From: an uncultured Gemmatimonadota bacterium
Lineage (GTDB): Bacteria > Gemmatimonadota > CAZMKB01 > CAZNLH01
Assembly (NCBI GenBank): GCA_964577985.1
Contig: CAZOAR010000002.1
Coordinates: forward strand, 13,130-77,129
Length of the DNA: 64,000 bases
Direction: 5' to 3'
The first letter of the stretch is position 1; every line of letters begins with the position of its first letter. This document shows, one piece after another, positions 39,377 to 48,925 of this stretch. The position numbers and the translations under genes are program-made. Under the pieces are notes generated by a model. The model ran no database searches. It saw nothing but the letters and a program-made list of their open reading frames with translations, and was not told where the DNA came from.

Positions 39377-40408
39377 TTACGGGAAGGGAAGATTAGGCAG
39401 GGCGTCGATATCGAGATCGTCCTCTCTTCCGCGCTGATAATGGAACAGGGCGGTCCTGGCAACCATAGCCCCATTGTCGGTACAGAGAAGAGGAGACGGG
39501 TAGAACAAAGACCCGCCCCTCTCGCCAACCGCTTTCAGGAGTTCATCCCGAAGCCTGCGATTGCTCGCCACGCCACCCGCAAGTACCAGTCTGGATATGC
39601 CCAGATCCTCCATTGCCATCATGCTTTTGCGGACCAGGAGCTCAACAGCCGCTGACTGGAAAGAAGCGCAAATGTCTGCAATGTGGCTTTTCTGATCTGT
39701 ATCTTCGCGAGACTTGCAGAAGTTGACCACCGCGGTTTTCAGTCCGCTGTAACTGAAATCATAGCTCGAAGCCTTGTCGGCACTGCCGGACATGGGTTTA
39801 GGAAATCCCGCAAAATGCTCATTGCCACCTTCTGCTGCCTTCTCCACGGACGGTCCTCCCGGGAAGGGAAGGCCCAGCAGTCTGGCTACCTTGTCGAACG
39901 CCTCCCCTACTGCGTCGTCCCGCGTCCTCCCCAGGAGAGAATAAGAGCCCCAATCTTTCACCTCTGCAAGTGTCGTATGGCCACCCGAGACTATGAGCCC
40001 GATGAAGGGCCCGGAGAGGTCAGGACGCTCCAGCAGATTGGCGAACAGATGAGCTTCGACGTGGTTGACACCGATAAGGGGTCGATCGAGTGACAGGGAG
40101 AGGCCTTTTGCGGTGGCGAGCCCGACGAGAATGGAGCCTATGAGACCGGGACCATGAGTCACACCTATTATGTCTATGTCTCCGAGTTCACACGACGCCC
40201 TCTTCATGGCTTCCCGGATAATCGGCAGCAGGGTTCGCAGGTGCGCCCTGGATGCTATCTCCGGGACTACACCTCCATATCGTATGTGCTCGTCCTGGGT
40301 AAGGACGATGTGCGCCCTCAGTTTGTCTTCTCCCTCGAGGATCGCCACCGAGGTCTCGTCGCACGACGTCTCGATGCCAAGTGTCAGCATAATCTGAAAC
40401 TCCGTCAA
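39377..40408 (-). CDS. tsaD: tRNA N6-adenosine threonylcarbamoyltransferase
   Basis: MLTLGIETSCDETSVAIL…, HVEAHL, …SGGVASN… are Kae1/TsaD hallmarks. Confidence 0.9.
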   Translation of the reverse strand: MTEFQIMLTLGIETSCDETSVAILEGEDKLRAHIVLTQDEHIRYGGVVPEIASRAHLRTLLPIIREAMKRASCELGDIDIIGVTHGPGLIGSILVGLATAKGLSLSLDRPLIGVNHVEAHLFANLLERPDLSGPFIGLIVSGGHTTLAEVKDWGSYSLLGRTRDDAVGEAFDKVARLLGLPFPGGPSVEKAAEGGNEHFAGFPKPMSGSADKASSYDFSYSGLKTAVVNFCKSREDTDQKSHIADICASFQSAAVELLVRKSMMAMEDLGISRLVLAGGVASNRRLRDELLKAVGERGGSLFYPSPLLCTDNGAMVARTALFHYQRGREDDLDIDALPNLPFP

Positions 40409-40484
40409 GAGGTGTACTTTGTTCGCCTATAAGATAATAAATTCCGGGATGGATACCAGCCTGTGGGATGATGGGCGGGTCCGT

Positions 40485-41828
40485 TCAACCGTTTATGATA
40501 TGAGGGGTAATGAAGATAAGGAGGTCACTTCGCTCTTCTTTCAAGCTCTTGTGACTGAAGAGCCTTCCCAGGAGCGGGATGTCTCCGAGAAGCCACAGCT
40601 TCGACACGGTCTCACCGCGATTCTCCTTCAGCAGGCCTCCTATGACGATCGTCTCGCCGTCCTTGACCCGTATACTGGTCTCGCTGCTCCTCTTGGTTGT
40701 GATCGGCACCTGGTACTCGACCGGGCCGGAATAACCCGAGATCTCCTCGATAGTCGGCTCGACCTGCATGGTTATGGTCTTACCCTCATTGACGCGCGGC
40801 GTGACCTTCAGAGTGATTCCGATGTCGATGTATTCAAAACTCGCGACGTCCTGCGATTCCGCCGCGAAGCTGAACCGGTTCACCGTCTGGATAGGGACAG
40901 ACGTCGTGACCGCTATTTCTGCCTCCTGGTTGTTCAATGTCGTTATCCTCGGATTCGATATCAGCTTGGAGTTCGTTTCCTGGCTGAGGATGTCGATAGC
41001 ACCCTGAAGATCCTTGCCTGACAGCATACCCCACTTGAAGATCGATCCTACCTGTTCTGACGTTCCACTGGTGCTGCTGCTGCCCGACTGGTATTTTTCC
41101 TCTATCGAGAGCTTCGAATAGAGCAGTTGAAGCGTGTTAGGCCACGCGATCCCGACCTGGTCATTCTTGTTGAACAGTGCCTCAACGATTCTGGCTTCTA
41201 TCATGACCTGAGGCTCAGGCACGTCTATTCGGGATATGATCTTTTCAACATCCCTGATCACGTGAGGCTGATCGTTCACGATGAGTACTTCCGACTGGAC
41301 GACCGCCTCTTCACCACCTCCCATGGTGCGTCTGAAGGTCTGAACCTTTCCACCCTCCGTCAGTATTCCCTCCACAGCCTTCTTTACATCCGCACCGTCC
41401 ACATACCGGAGATCGAAGACACCCACTTCTCTGGGCTTTGGAGGTACCTTGTTCTCTCCGGGCTTCACCAGAATGACATTTTCATCCCGGGAAAACGCAT
41501 AATCATTGGCCTTCAGGATGTTGCGAAGCGCCTCATCTACGGTTACCCCGTGGAGCCGCACCGTGACCTGGCCCGCCACGTCAGGTCCAGCCACAATGTT
41601 GAGGCCGTTCTGCTCCGCGAGAAGCCGCAGGACATTTCGGAGGTCCGCGTTCTTGAAGTCCATTGTGAGGAGATTCTCTCCCGCGTCACCGCTGGAGACC
41701 TTGAAGTAGTCACCCTCAGGCCAGCCCTCCAGCTCGGCCTCGAGGCAGCAGGGCGTCGCCAGGAGAATAGCCGCCAGTAATATGACCCATAACGCCTTTA
41801 TTGTCTTGTCGTTATTCAACATCATCAC
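40485..41828 (-). CDS. pilQ: Type IV pilus secretin
   Basis: Signal peptide. Secretin C-domain (…VIGGLLKENRGETVSKLWLLGDIPLLGRLFSHKS…LLIFITPHII). Confidence 0.8.
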   Translation of the reverse strand: MMMLNNDKTIKALWVILLAAILLATPCCLEAELEGWPEGDYFKVSSGDAGENLLTMDFKNADLRNVLRLLAEQNGLNIVAGPDVAGQVTVRLHGVTVDEALRNILKANDYAFSRDENVILVKPGENKVPPKPREVGVFDLRYVDGADVKKAVEGILTEGGKVQTFRRTMGGGEEAVVQSEVLIVNDQPHVIRDVEKIISRIDVPEPQVMIEARIVEALFNKNDQVGIAWPNTLQLLYSKLSIEEKYQSGSSSTSGTSEQVGSIFKWGMLSGKDLQGAIDILSQETNSKLISNPRITTLNNQEAEIAVTTSVPIQTVNRFSFAAESQDVASFEYIDIGITLKVTPRVNEGKTITMQVEPTIEEISGYSGPVEYQVPITTKRSSETSIRVKDGETIVIGGLLKENRGETVSKLWLLGDIPLLGRLFSHKSLKEERSDLLIFITPHIING

Positions 41829-42369
41829 CGCCTTCGAGGTTGAGGACTATCTTACCCCGGCCCCTCTTGAGAACAACAGAGTCCTGATGGATACTGACGA
41901 CCTCTGCGCCGTCGATGTCGTCTCCCCTTCTCAGGACCGAATCGTTGATCAGCACTACCGCATCGTCGTCTTTCCAGGATATCGCGGTGAGGAGTAGGTC
42001 TGGTTCCCGGGTTGTTTCAGATGTCCCGGGGGATTCTTTTCCTGAAATAAAGGGATCGCGTCCCCAGGTCGAATATACGGGGACTACTTCATCTTCTGTC
42101 CCCACGGAGTACGATGCCATACCAGACTGGACGACGGCAAGCTGTTCGCTCATTTCCCTGAATGCTGTGCCGCTTTCCTCTTCAACCCCCTCCGACGTCG
42201 ATGAGTCCGAATATCGCCGTTTACTCCCCATTGAGAAGAAGAGTATCAGACTGAATATCAGCATGCCACCATAGGCGAGCCACTTCTTCTCTTTCGCAGG
42301 GCCTCCCCCACCGGATCTGTCGGCAAGACGATCGGTGATGGGTGACAGAAACTTCCTTACAGCGTCCAT
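41812..42369 (-). CDS. PilP-like pilus assembly lipoprotein (tentative)
   Basis: N-terminal TM segment. C-terminal beta-domain (…ISWKDDDAVVLINDSVLRRGDDIDGAEVVSIHQDSVVLKRGRGKIVL) resembles PilP/GspC. Sits between pilO and pilQ. Confidence 0.45.
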   Translation of the reverse strand: MDAVRKFLSPITDRLADRSGGGGPAKEKKWLAYGGMLIFSLILFFSMGSKRRYSDSSTSEGVEEESGTAFREMSEQLAVVQSGMASYSVGTEDEVVPVYSTWGRDPFISGKESPGTSETTREPDLLLTAISWKDDDAVVLINDSVLRRGDDIDGAEVVSIHQDSVVLKRGRGKIVLNLEGGDDVE

Positions 42370-42380
42370 TCTTGACTACC

Positions 42381-42977
42381 TCACAACCTTTCGTCCGCGG
42401 CGCTGACTCCGCGCCTTATATAAACCATCATGGAGAAATTCGATTCCAGATCCTCCCGCCGGCCTGAGATACGGCTTATCTCCAGTTCGCCAAAGGAGGC
42501 GAAATATGGCAGATCCTCGAGTGACCGCAGGAATCTCCCGATCGGGACATAATGTCCTCTGGCAACCAGTTGAAACGGAAGGACCAGCACTTTACCGTCT
42601 CCGGCTGTGGCATCTCCGTTGTCGGACGAAAACAGATCGGCAAAGGGTACTCCCACATAGGTGACTACGCAGTCGTTGCTCTTTCCGGTCTTGATTATTT
42701 CCTCGGCCATCCCCCTGACCTGCTTTGCCCCCGGAAGCGTAGAGAAGAACCTGGTGCGCTCTTTCTCGAGGGAGACATATTCATCATGATACCGGGAGAG
42801 ATTCTTTGTATCATCCGTCCAGGAGGAAACAAGCGACTCCATCTCAGCGATGTCCTGGCCAATTCCCTTGAGCTCTTTGCTCTGTTTGACAAAGATGAAG
42901 CTGTACCACAGGAAGATGATTGCCGCCATAGCACAGACACCCAGAAGCAACCTCTTATTTTCTGCAATTCGTCCCAC
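42381..42977 (-). CDS. pilO: PilO-like type IV pilus assembly protein
   Basis: Single N-terminal TM segment, coiled coil, then a periplasmic domain. Operon position matches PilO. Confidence 0.6.
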   Translation of the reverse strand: MGRIAENKRLLLGVCAMAAIIFLWYSFIFVKQSKELKGIGQDIAEMESLVSSWTDDTKNLSRYHDEYVSLEKERTRFFSTLPGAKQVRGMAEEIIKTGKSNDCVVTYVGVPFADLFSSDNGDATAGDGKVLVLPFQLVARGHYVPIGRFLRSLEDLPYFASFGELEISRISGRREDLESNFSMMVYIRRGVSAADERL

Positions 42978-42996
42978 TGGATCTTTGACCTCTCTA

Positions 42997-44814
42997 CTAA
43001 AGAAGCATCTTGTTTTCTTCGAACGGCCTTATGACAACGCACTTTATCGAGAATTCCACTGCTTCACCGCCGGAGCCTTCTATCTCATCCATGCCAATGA
43101 GCTCAGGATCACGGAAGAACGGCGAATTCTCAAGATCAAGCATCATCGCGGACAGGATTGGCTCAGAGAGAGCCCGGGGAGACAATAAAGTGCCCTCCAT
43201 TCCCAGCTCCCATCTCTTCTCTTCCTTCACCACAACCGTCTCTTCTCCCTCGCCTTCGTACTCCTCTGAGTCCTGTGGCGTCTGCTTGTCCTCGTCCTTT
43301 CCGGCTCCCCCTCTCCTTACCAGAAACAGGTCCTCAAGCACGACCCCCTCCGGTATCCTGTGGCTGATATCCATCAGAAGATCAGGGGTGAGATCATGGT
43401 TGAGGATGACCTTCTTGATAAGATTGTCCATGCCTTTCATACGCTCCTGGATGTTTCGTATGTCCTGAAAAGAAGGATCAGAGCGGATCTTTTCCCAGGA
43501 CATCTCCATCCCCTTCAGTTTCGTGGTGTCAACGCGTTTTCTGACCTCCATGTTTACAGACGCCCCTGCGAGCAGGAGAGCCATGATTCCCGCGGCCGTA
43601 CTGAGCAGCTTCTTCTCCATCACCGTTCTCTTGATGTCCTGGACGCCGGTGGTGATCAGGTTTATTCCGTCACCCTTCTCCAGTGCCAGTCCCACCGCTA
43701 CAGACCATGATAGTCCGAGCTTTCTCAGTCCCTTCAGGGCCTCCTCTTCCAGGGGGAGTTGTTTCGCTTCGAGTTCCCTGCTCAGATCGAGCGTCTCGAC
43801 CGGCTGACCGAGACTGGAACTCAGGTACTCCCGCAGATTCAGAAGCGCTGCAGACCCTCCGGTCAGCCACAGCTTCCCTACGTTGTCGATGCCGTAGTTC
43901 CGGGCGGCGTATTTGATGGATCTGTCGATTTCATTCGCGAGACGCTCCGCTGCTGGTCTGACCAATGCCTGAATACTGGAGAATGGAATGCCATCTTCCG
44001 TGTATTCGGGGGTCTCGCCCAGAGGTATACCATATTTGCACTTGATCTCCTCGGCCCTTTCGAGGTCGATCGAGAATTCTTCCCCTTTGTAGGTGACCTT
44101 ACCCATCAACGACTCCGTCATCGCCTTCCCGGCCGTCATGATATCCCTGGAGAACTCGAGTGTGTCCCGGGAAAAGAAGGATATGCTGGTAATCCTTTCA
44201 CCAATGTCGATTACCACGTTTACGTCCTCTTCTCCATGCTTCAGGTTGCCGAGTACGTTACTGATAGCGAGGGGCGCGACCGTCACTACAGACGGTGGAA
44301 GGCCTATTTTTCGCGTACTGGAAAGAAGTCTGTTGATCCACTCTCGCCGGGCGACGACCACCAGTATCTCCAGTTCACCGCTCTTCTTCTTGTCAAGAAC
44401 CTTGAAATCATATGCCGCGTCCTCTATGGAGTATGGCAGGAATCTGTCCACGACCCATGGAATTGCAGCCTTGAGTTCGCCCCTCGGCATGGGAGGGACT
44501 TCGACGCGCCTGACCATGACCGAGGACCCCTGCACCGAGATAATGACGTTGTTGATCTCCTCTTTTCGACCCTTGAGCGATTCCTTTATAAGAGGCATGA
44601 CATCTTCTATCCACTCATCATCCTTCTTCTCCACAGCGGGGCGCTTTGCTGAGATGCCAGTAATCGTTTCGATCGTCCTGCCCTTCCGCCTGAACAGAAC
44701 CATCTTGACCGATTGGGCTCCGATGTCGATCCCGAGCGTGACTTTCTTCTTCATCTTGAGGGGATCGCTGATGAATTCTCTCAGAGCGTTCTTCTTTCGA
44801 CTCTTCGCTATCAT
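42997..44814 (-). CDS. PilM (actin-like ATPase) fused to PilN
   Basis: N-terminal …VTLGIDIGAQSVKMVLF… actin-fold PilM domain. A later TM segment plus coiled coil resembles PilN. Start chosen at the Met whose ATG overlaps the upstream stop (ATGA); the ORF track extends to 44907. Confidence 0.7.
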   Translation of the reverse strand: MIAKSRKKNALREFISDPLKMKKKVTLGIDIGAQSVKMVLFRRKGRTIETITGISAKRPAVEKKDDEWIEDVMPLIKESLKGRKEEINNVIISVQGSSVMVRRVEVPPMPRGELKAAIPWVVDRFLPYSIEDAAYDFKVLDKKKSGELEILVVVARREWINRLLSSTRKIGLPPSVVTVAPLAISNVLGNLKHGEEDVNVVIDIGERITSISFFSRDTLEFSRDIMTAGKAMTESLMGKVTYKGEEFSIDLERAEEIKCKYGIPLGETPEYTEDGIPFSSIQALVRPAAERLANEIDRSIKYAARNYGIDNVGKLWLTGGSAALLNLREYLSSSLGQPVETLDLSRELEAKQLPLEEEALKGLRKLGLSWSVAVGLALEKGDGINLITTGVQDIKRTVMEKKLLSTAAGIMALLLAGASVNMEVRKRVDTTKLKGMEMSWEKIRSDPSFQDIRNIQERMKGMDNLIKKVILNHDLTPDLLMDISHRIPEGVVLEDLFLVRRGGAGKDEDKQTPQDSEEYEGEGEETVVVKEEKRWELGMEGTLLSPRALSEPILSAMMLDLENSPFFRDPELIGMDEIEGSGGEAVEFSIKCVVIRPFEENKMLL

Positions 44815-45734
44815 TGCATATTCCAGTTTCTGGCGACCATTCTCACAGTCTCCGGGCTCACAATATCCACATTCCTCTCTTTCATCGAGATGAGCGAGTG
44901 GCAACACATGGAGTTCGCTTTCAAAGGATTACCTCTGCTGAAGCACCATATCTCGTTGACAGCCATATCATCGAAAAGCATCTCGACGTTCCCGCAGCCC
45001 GCCTTCCTCAGCCTGTGAAAGATATATTCCTTCAGATCATCGGGGTCGAGCGGGTTGATCGTGTAGACAAGGTCCACCCTGATATCGCGAGAGCCGCTCC
45101 CGGTGATCTTGTCGAGAAGACCCGTCCTGCCCAGCATTACCACGTTCATGAGACCCGCCCCGTCGAACTGACACCTCAGAAGTTCCCCGAGGACCTGAAT
45201 GTTTCCGGTAGACAACCTCTCTCCGTCGTCGATCACGAGAACCAGGGTTTTCCCCTCTTCTATGACACTTCTGAACGCATAATCATGTATAGCTTGTCTA
45301 CACTCGAGTCTTGTCCGGTATTTCGCGCCAATGTCCAGTGCTCGACAAATCTGCTGAAGGAACTTGAATTCTGATCCGGAGTCCGGTCTCGGCAGCAGCT
45401 TTACGATGGAATTCTTCCTTCGGGCCTGCAGGCGATCGATCAGGACCCTGGCGAGAGCTGTCTTTCCCACCCCCGATTCGCCGAGAATGACATCAATTCC
45501 ACCCCGCATATGAAGAGACAGTTCGATTCTCCTGATGCACCAGGCATAATCCCGGGTCGGGAAAAAGAATTCCGGGTCCGGCTCGGCGGCGAACGGATCT
45601 TTCTTCAATCGAAGAGATTCGTAGTATTTCACTTGCATCACCTCCAACCAATTCCAGGATGTCAATCCTGCCCCATTCGGAATACATGCCTCCCGTATCG
45701 AACCGGGCAACCGAAATCGGGCCGACATCTTCAA
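44811..45734 (-). CDS. ExeA/GspA-like AAA ATPase
   Basis: Walker A ILGESGVGKTALARVL and Walker B VLVIDDGERL, as in secretion-associated ExeA proteins. Confidence 0.7.
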   Translation of the reverse strand: MKMSARFRLPGSIREACIPNGAGLTSWNWLEVMQVKYYESLRLKKDPFAAEPDPEFFFPTRDYAWCIRRIELSLHMRGGIDVILGESGVGKTALARVLIDRLQARRKNSIVKLLPRPDSGSEFKFLQQICRALDIGAKYRTRLECRQAIHDYAFRSVIEEGKTLVLVIDDGERLSTGNIQVLGELLRCQFDGAGLMNVVMLGRTGLLDKITGSGSRDIRVDLVYTINPLDPDDLKEYIFHRLRKAGCGNVEMLFDDMAVNEIWCFSRGNPLKANSMCCHSLISMKERNVDIVSPETVRMVARNWNMQ

Positions 45735-46895
45735 CTACACGGTGAATGATACCGTCGACCCGTCACTGAATGTAATCGTAAATGATGTACCCCTCATATC
45801 CACGTTGCTCGCCCCCCCACTCTGGGCGTCCTTGAATTTCTTGTACTCGATCTTCACATTGCTGCCGTCGCTTATTACAACCGCCGAGAATGTTTTTGTT
45901 TCTCCACTGCCGCCCCTCGGATTGTTGCTGTCGAAGACCTTAGTACCGCCGATCTTTATTTCTTCATACCAGGCACTGGTCGCGTAGACTGCCTTGATGG
46001 ACGTGATCGATATGTCGCTGCCGCTGTTGTTCTGAACAACAAACTCGACGTCTCGGTGGCCGTTCCCCTTAGCCTTGGCGGACCCCCCCAGCAGGGTAAG
46101 GCCGCCCGATCCCCCTGCCTGACTCCAGAGATCACCAGGCAACCTGATGTTGGACACGGCGTCTGACCCGGGCAGAAGAGATATATAGAGGACAGAAGTG
46201 TCCGACGTAGTGGAGTAGGTCGCCTGGAGTTGATGGTTTCCTATGGGTATCTGGTTGTTGAACGCGAAGGTGCCGGAAGCGTTCGGAGAGGTGGTCCGGG
46301 TGGTCATGCTTCCCGAACCATCAGGAAACGTTATCCTGAGCGTTACATTGGCGGCGTCAGTTCCCGGAGGGTTCCCCACACCGTCCAGTACTACTCCTTC
46401 CACGGTATTGCTCTTCAGGTCACTCATACTGCTGGCTATCGTCCTCGTGATAGCGCTTCCGCCGCCACTGCTGCTGATTGTCAGACCTCCGTTGTAGGTA
46501 TACTGATTCCCCCATTCATCGGTCTTGAAACCGTTCGCATTCTGGGTAAAATCGATCGCCATGTAAGGGCCATCCCAGGTGCCATAACCCGGATTGGTCA
46601 CGAGCTCGTCAAGGTTGGATGGCAGGCCACCCACGTCACCGAAATAACCAAAATCCGTCCGGACTCCACCAGAGTACAACTCGGGGTTTCCCACGATAGC
46701 CTGGACGAGTTGATCCATTTCCGCAATGGTACCCTCGAACCTGCTCCGGTCGAGTGTGTCCTGTATCGCTGTCATGGCGACCGTGCTCAGTATCCCGATA
46801 ATTACAATCACCATCAGCATTTCGAGGAACGTAAAACCGCGTCCGGCGGCATCCATCCCCGCCCTTTTGTCAGCATGCAAGAGTGATAATCTCAT
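45735..46895 (-). CDS. Large type IV pilin-like protein (prepilin N-terminal methylation motif)
   Basis: Leader …AGRG|FTFLEMLMVIVIIGILS matches the class III signal G|FTxxE plus a hydrophobic helix. Long Gly/Ser/Thr-rich C-terminal beta region. Start Met uncertain (46895 or 46856). Confidence 0.65.
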   Translation of the reverse strand: MRLSLLHADKRAGMDAAGRGFTFLEMLMVIVIIGILSTVAMTAIQDTLDRSRFEGTIAEMDQLVQAIVGNPELYSGGVRTDFGYFGDVGGLPSNLDELVTNPGYGTWDGPYMAIDFTQNANGFKTDEWGNQYTYNGGLTISSSGGGSAITRTIASSMSDLKSNTVEGVVLDGVGNPPGTDAANVTLRITFPDGSGSMTTRTTSPNASGTFAFNNQIPIGNHQLQATYSTTSDTSVLYISLLPGSDAVSNIRLPGDLWSQAGGSGGLTLLGGSAKAKGNGHRDVEFVVQNNSGSDISITSIKAVYATSAWYEEIKIGGTKVFDSNNPRGGSGETKTFSAVVISDGSNVKIEYKKFKDAQSGGASNVDMRGTSFTITFSDGSTVSFTV

Positions 46896-47092
46896 GTCTT
46901 TGACCGCCTCACCAATTAACAATGCTTCGCGTTATGAGCAATTGCCTGCTCGTTGTCCATAGCAATCGCGTATTCATGGTCATTCCCGCTTGTCGGGAAT
47001 CTCCCTGGAAAAGGATGCCCGCAGGACGATGCGAGAGACTTCCGTCGTCTTTCAGCGTATGCGCTGCAATCGCCGACGTCATGCCCGATCTC

Positions 47093-47548
47093 CTAAAATG
47101 AGAGGACTATGTTCTCCGAGGATCCGATACTTGTAATGGTCCTCGTGCTGGAACTGTATACATAGGCGACCCCCCAGGCATCCGTGAGAAATTCACTGTC
47201 AGCGGGATCTATGTAGGGCCCGTTCCAGCCGCTCCTTGTGAACCTGTTGTATGATGCTACACCTGCCGGCTTTATCGCAAGATCAAGCAGGCTGGTGGGC
47301 AGCGCCCCGACATCCCCCTCGTAGCCAACGTCGATAAGTCCGCCTCCGGCCGCGAGGCTGGGATTACCAACAATCGCTTTCTTTATCTCTCTCATCTCCT
47401 CGAGCGTGGCCGATTTGCTGGAAGATTCCAGCATCAGACCCACTCCCGGTATCGCCGCAGCCATGACGAGTGCGACGATCGCGAGCACTATGGTCAACTC
47501 AACCAGCGTGTACCCGGATGTTCCGCCTTTTCTTTCTCTCCACTCCAT
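47093..47548 (-). CDS. Type IV pilin (major pilin candidate)
   Basis: 151 aa. MEWRERKGGTSG|YTLVELTIVLAIVAL prepilin leader and N-terminal methylation motif. Confidence 0.75.
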   Translation of the reverse strand: MEWRERKGGTSGYTLVELTIVLAIVALVMAAAIPGVGLMLESSSKSATLEEMREIKKAIVGNPSLAAGGGLIDVGYEGDVGALPTSLLDLAIKPAGVASYNRFTRSGWNGPYIDPADSEFLTDAWGVAYVYSSSTRTITSIGSSENIVLSF

Positions 47549-47629
47549 CGTGTCATCTCCATTGTGTCGCGCGTTCCATCTTCGTCATATTTGCCCGGGC
47601 GCCCGGTCGTCGGGTAGCACAATGATTCA

Positions 47630-48907
47630 TCAACGCTGTGCTATACCCACCATGTTCCACAGCGGCATGAAGACGCCCAGAGCAAGAAGGAGCATCATTC
47701 CGCCAAGCCCCACGAGCAGGATAGGCTCGATCGCGGCGGTCAACCTCTTGAGGTGGTAATCGATCTCCATCTCGTAGTGATGCGCTGCCTCATTAAGCAT
47801 TTCTTCCATAGCCCCGGTCTCCTCACCGATCGATACCATCTGCACGAGGAGGGGGGGGAACGTCCCTTCCTGGTTCATAGGCACTGAAAGGCCGGTCCCA
47901 CCCATGACCCGCTCTCTGACTCCCTCTATCCAACCTGCTATTATCTTATTGCCCACTGCCTCCCCGACGACGTCGAGCGCCTCCAGTATTGGCACACCGC
48001 TGCCGGTGAGGATCGCCAGAATCTTAGCGAACCGGGACATTATCCCCTTCAATGTTATCCTTCCCACTGCGGGCAACTTCAGTTTGAGCATGTCCCGCGT
48101 CCTCATCCCACCGTCCGTCCGCAGCAGAAGACGTATCCCGACAGTGATGCCTGCTACGAGTATGAGGTTTATGTACCAGTAGTTATGAAAAAAGTGGCTG
48201 ACCCCCATCAGAATTCTCGTGGGAAGCGGCAGTTCCATGTCGAATCTCGCAAAGATGGTCATGAATTTCGGCAGAACATATGTGACCAGCACAAAAAAGG
48301 CGAGAGACATGACTATGATCACCATGACCGGGTATCTCATCGCCGATTTGATCTCTTCCTTCACCTTCTGCTCATACTCGAGGAGCCCGGAGAGTTTGTC
48401 GAGTACTTCATCCAGCCGTCCAGCGGTCTCTCCGGCCTTTATCGTGTTACGATACACAGGAGTGAACACGTCAGGCTGTTTCTTCATCGCCTCATACAGG
48501 GACGTTCCTTCCTGTATGTCTTTCAGCAGTAGTGAAATGACTTCCCGCATCTCCTTCTTCTCGTTCTGGTCGCGGAGAGACTGGAGGCCTCTTACAAGGG
48601 GGACGCCCGTCCTGACGAGCGTCTGAAACTGCTTGGTGAACAGGATCATATCATCGGGCTTTACCTTCTTCTCGAACAAGAAGTGGAATCCGGGGCCCGA
48701 ATTGCTGCTCTTCCTGATACGAACGGGGACATATCCTATCTGCCCGATCTCCCGTGCGGCTTCCTGGACACTTTCGCCCTCTATCTCACCCTTGACCAAT
48801 CCTCCTCTCTCGTTTCTCGCCTGGTAAGCAAAGCGCGTCATCTCATGCACCCCCACGTCATCGTCCAGCGACCATTGAAGACAACGGACCTCGAATGCCA
48901 ATGACAA
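47630..48907 (-). CDS. pilC: Type IV pilus platform protein (GspF/PilC family)
   Basis: 425 aa. Duplicated GspF-domain architecture with 3 TM helices. Confidence 0.85.
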   Translation of the reverse strand: MSLAFEVRCLQWSLDDDVGVHEMTRFAYQARNERGGLVKGEIEGESVQEAAREIGQIGYVPVRIRKSSNSGPGFHFLFEKKVKPDDMILFTKQFQTLVRTGVPLVRGLQSLRDQNEKKEMREVISLLLKDIQEGTSLYEAMKKQPDVFTPVYRNTIKAGETAGRLDEVLDKLSGLLEYEQKVKEEIKSAMRYPVMVIIVMSLAFFVLVTYVLPKFMTIFARFDMELPLPTRILMGVSHFFHNYWYINLILVAGITVGIRLLLRTDGGMRTRDMLKLKLPAVGRITLKGIMSRFAKILAILTGSGVPILEALDVVGEAVGNKIIAGWIEGVRERVMGGTGLSVPMNQEGTFPPLLVQMVSIGEETGAMEEMLNEAAHHYEMEIDYHLKRLTAAIEPILLVGLGGMMLLLALGVFMPLWNMVGIAQR

Positions 48908-48925
48908 CGCGGAGTGGTCGCACTA

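Noticed and set aside
46923-47092. Sigma-54 (-24/-12) promoter upstream of the pilin genes, given the nearby sigma-54 activator
   Set aside because: The best candidate (GGCATG…TTGCA) has an 18-nt GG-to-GC spacing instead of 12, and no convincing TGGCAC-N5-TTGC match was found by eye.
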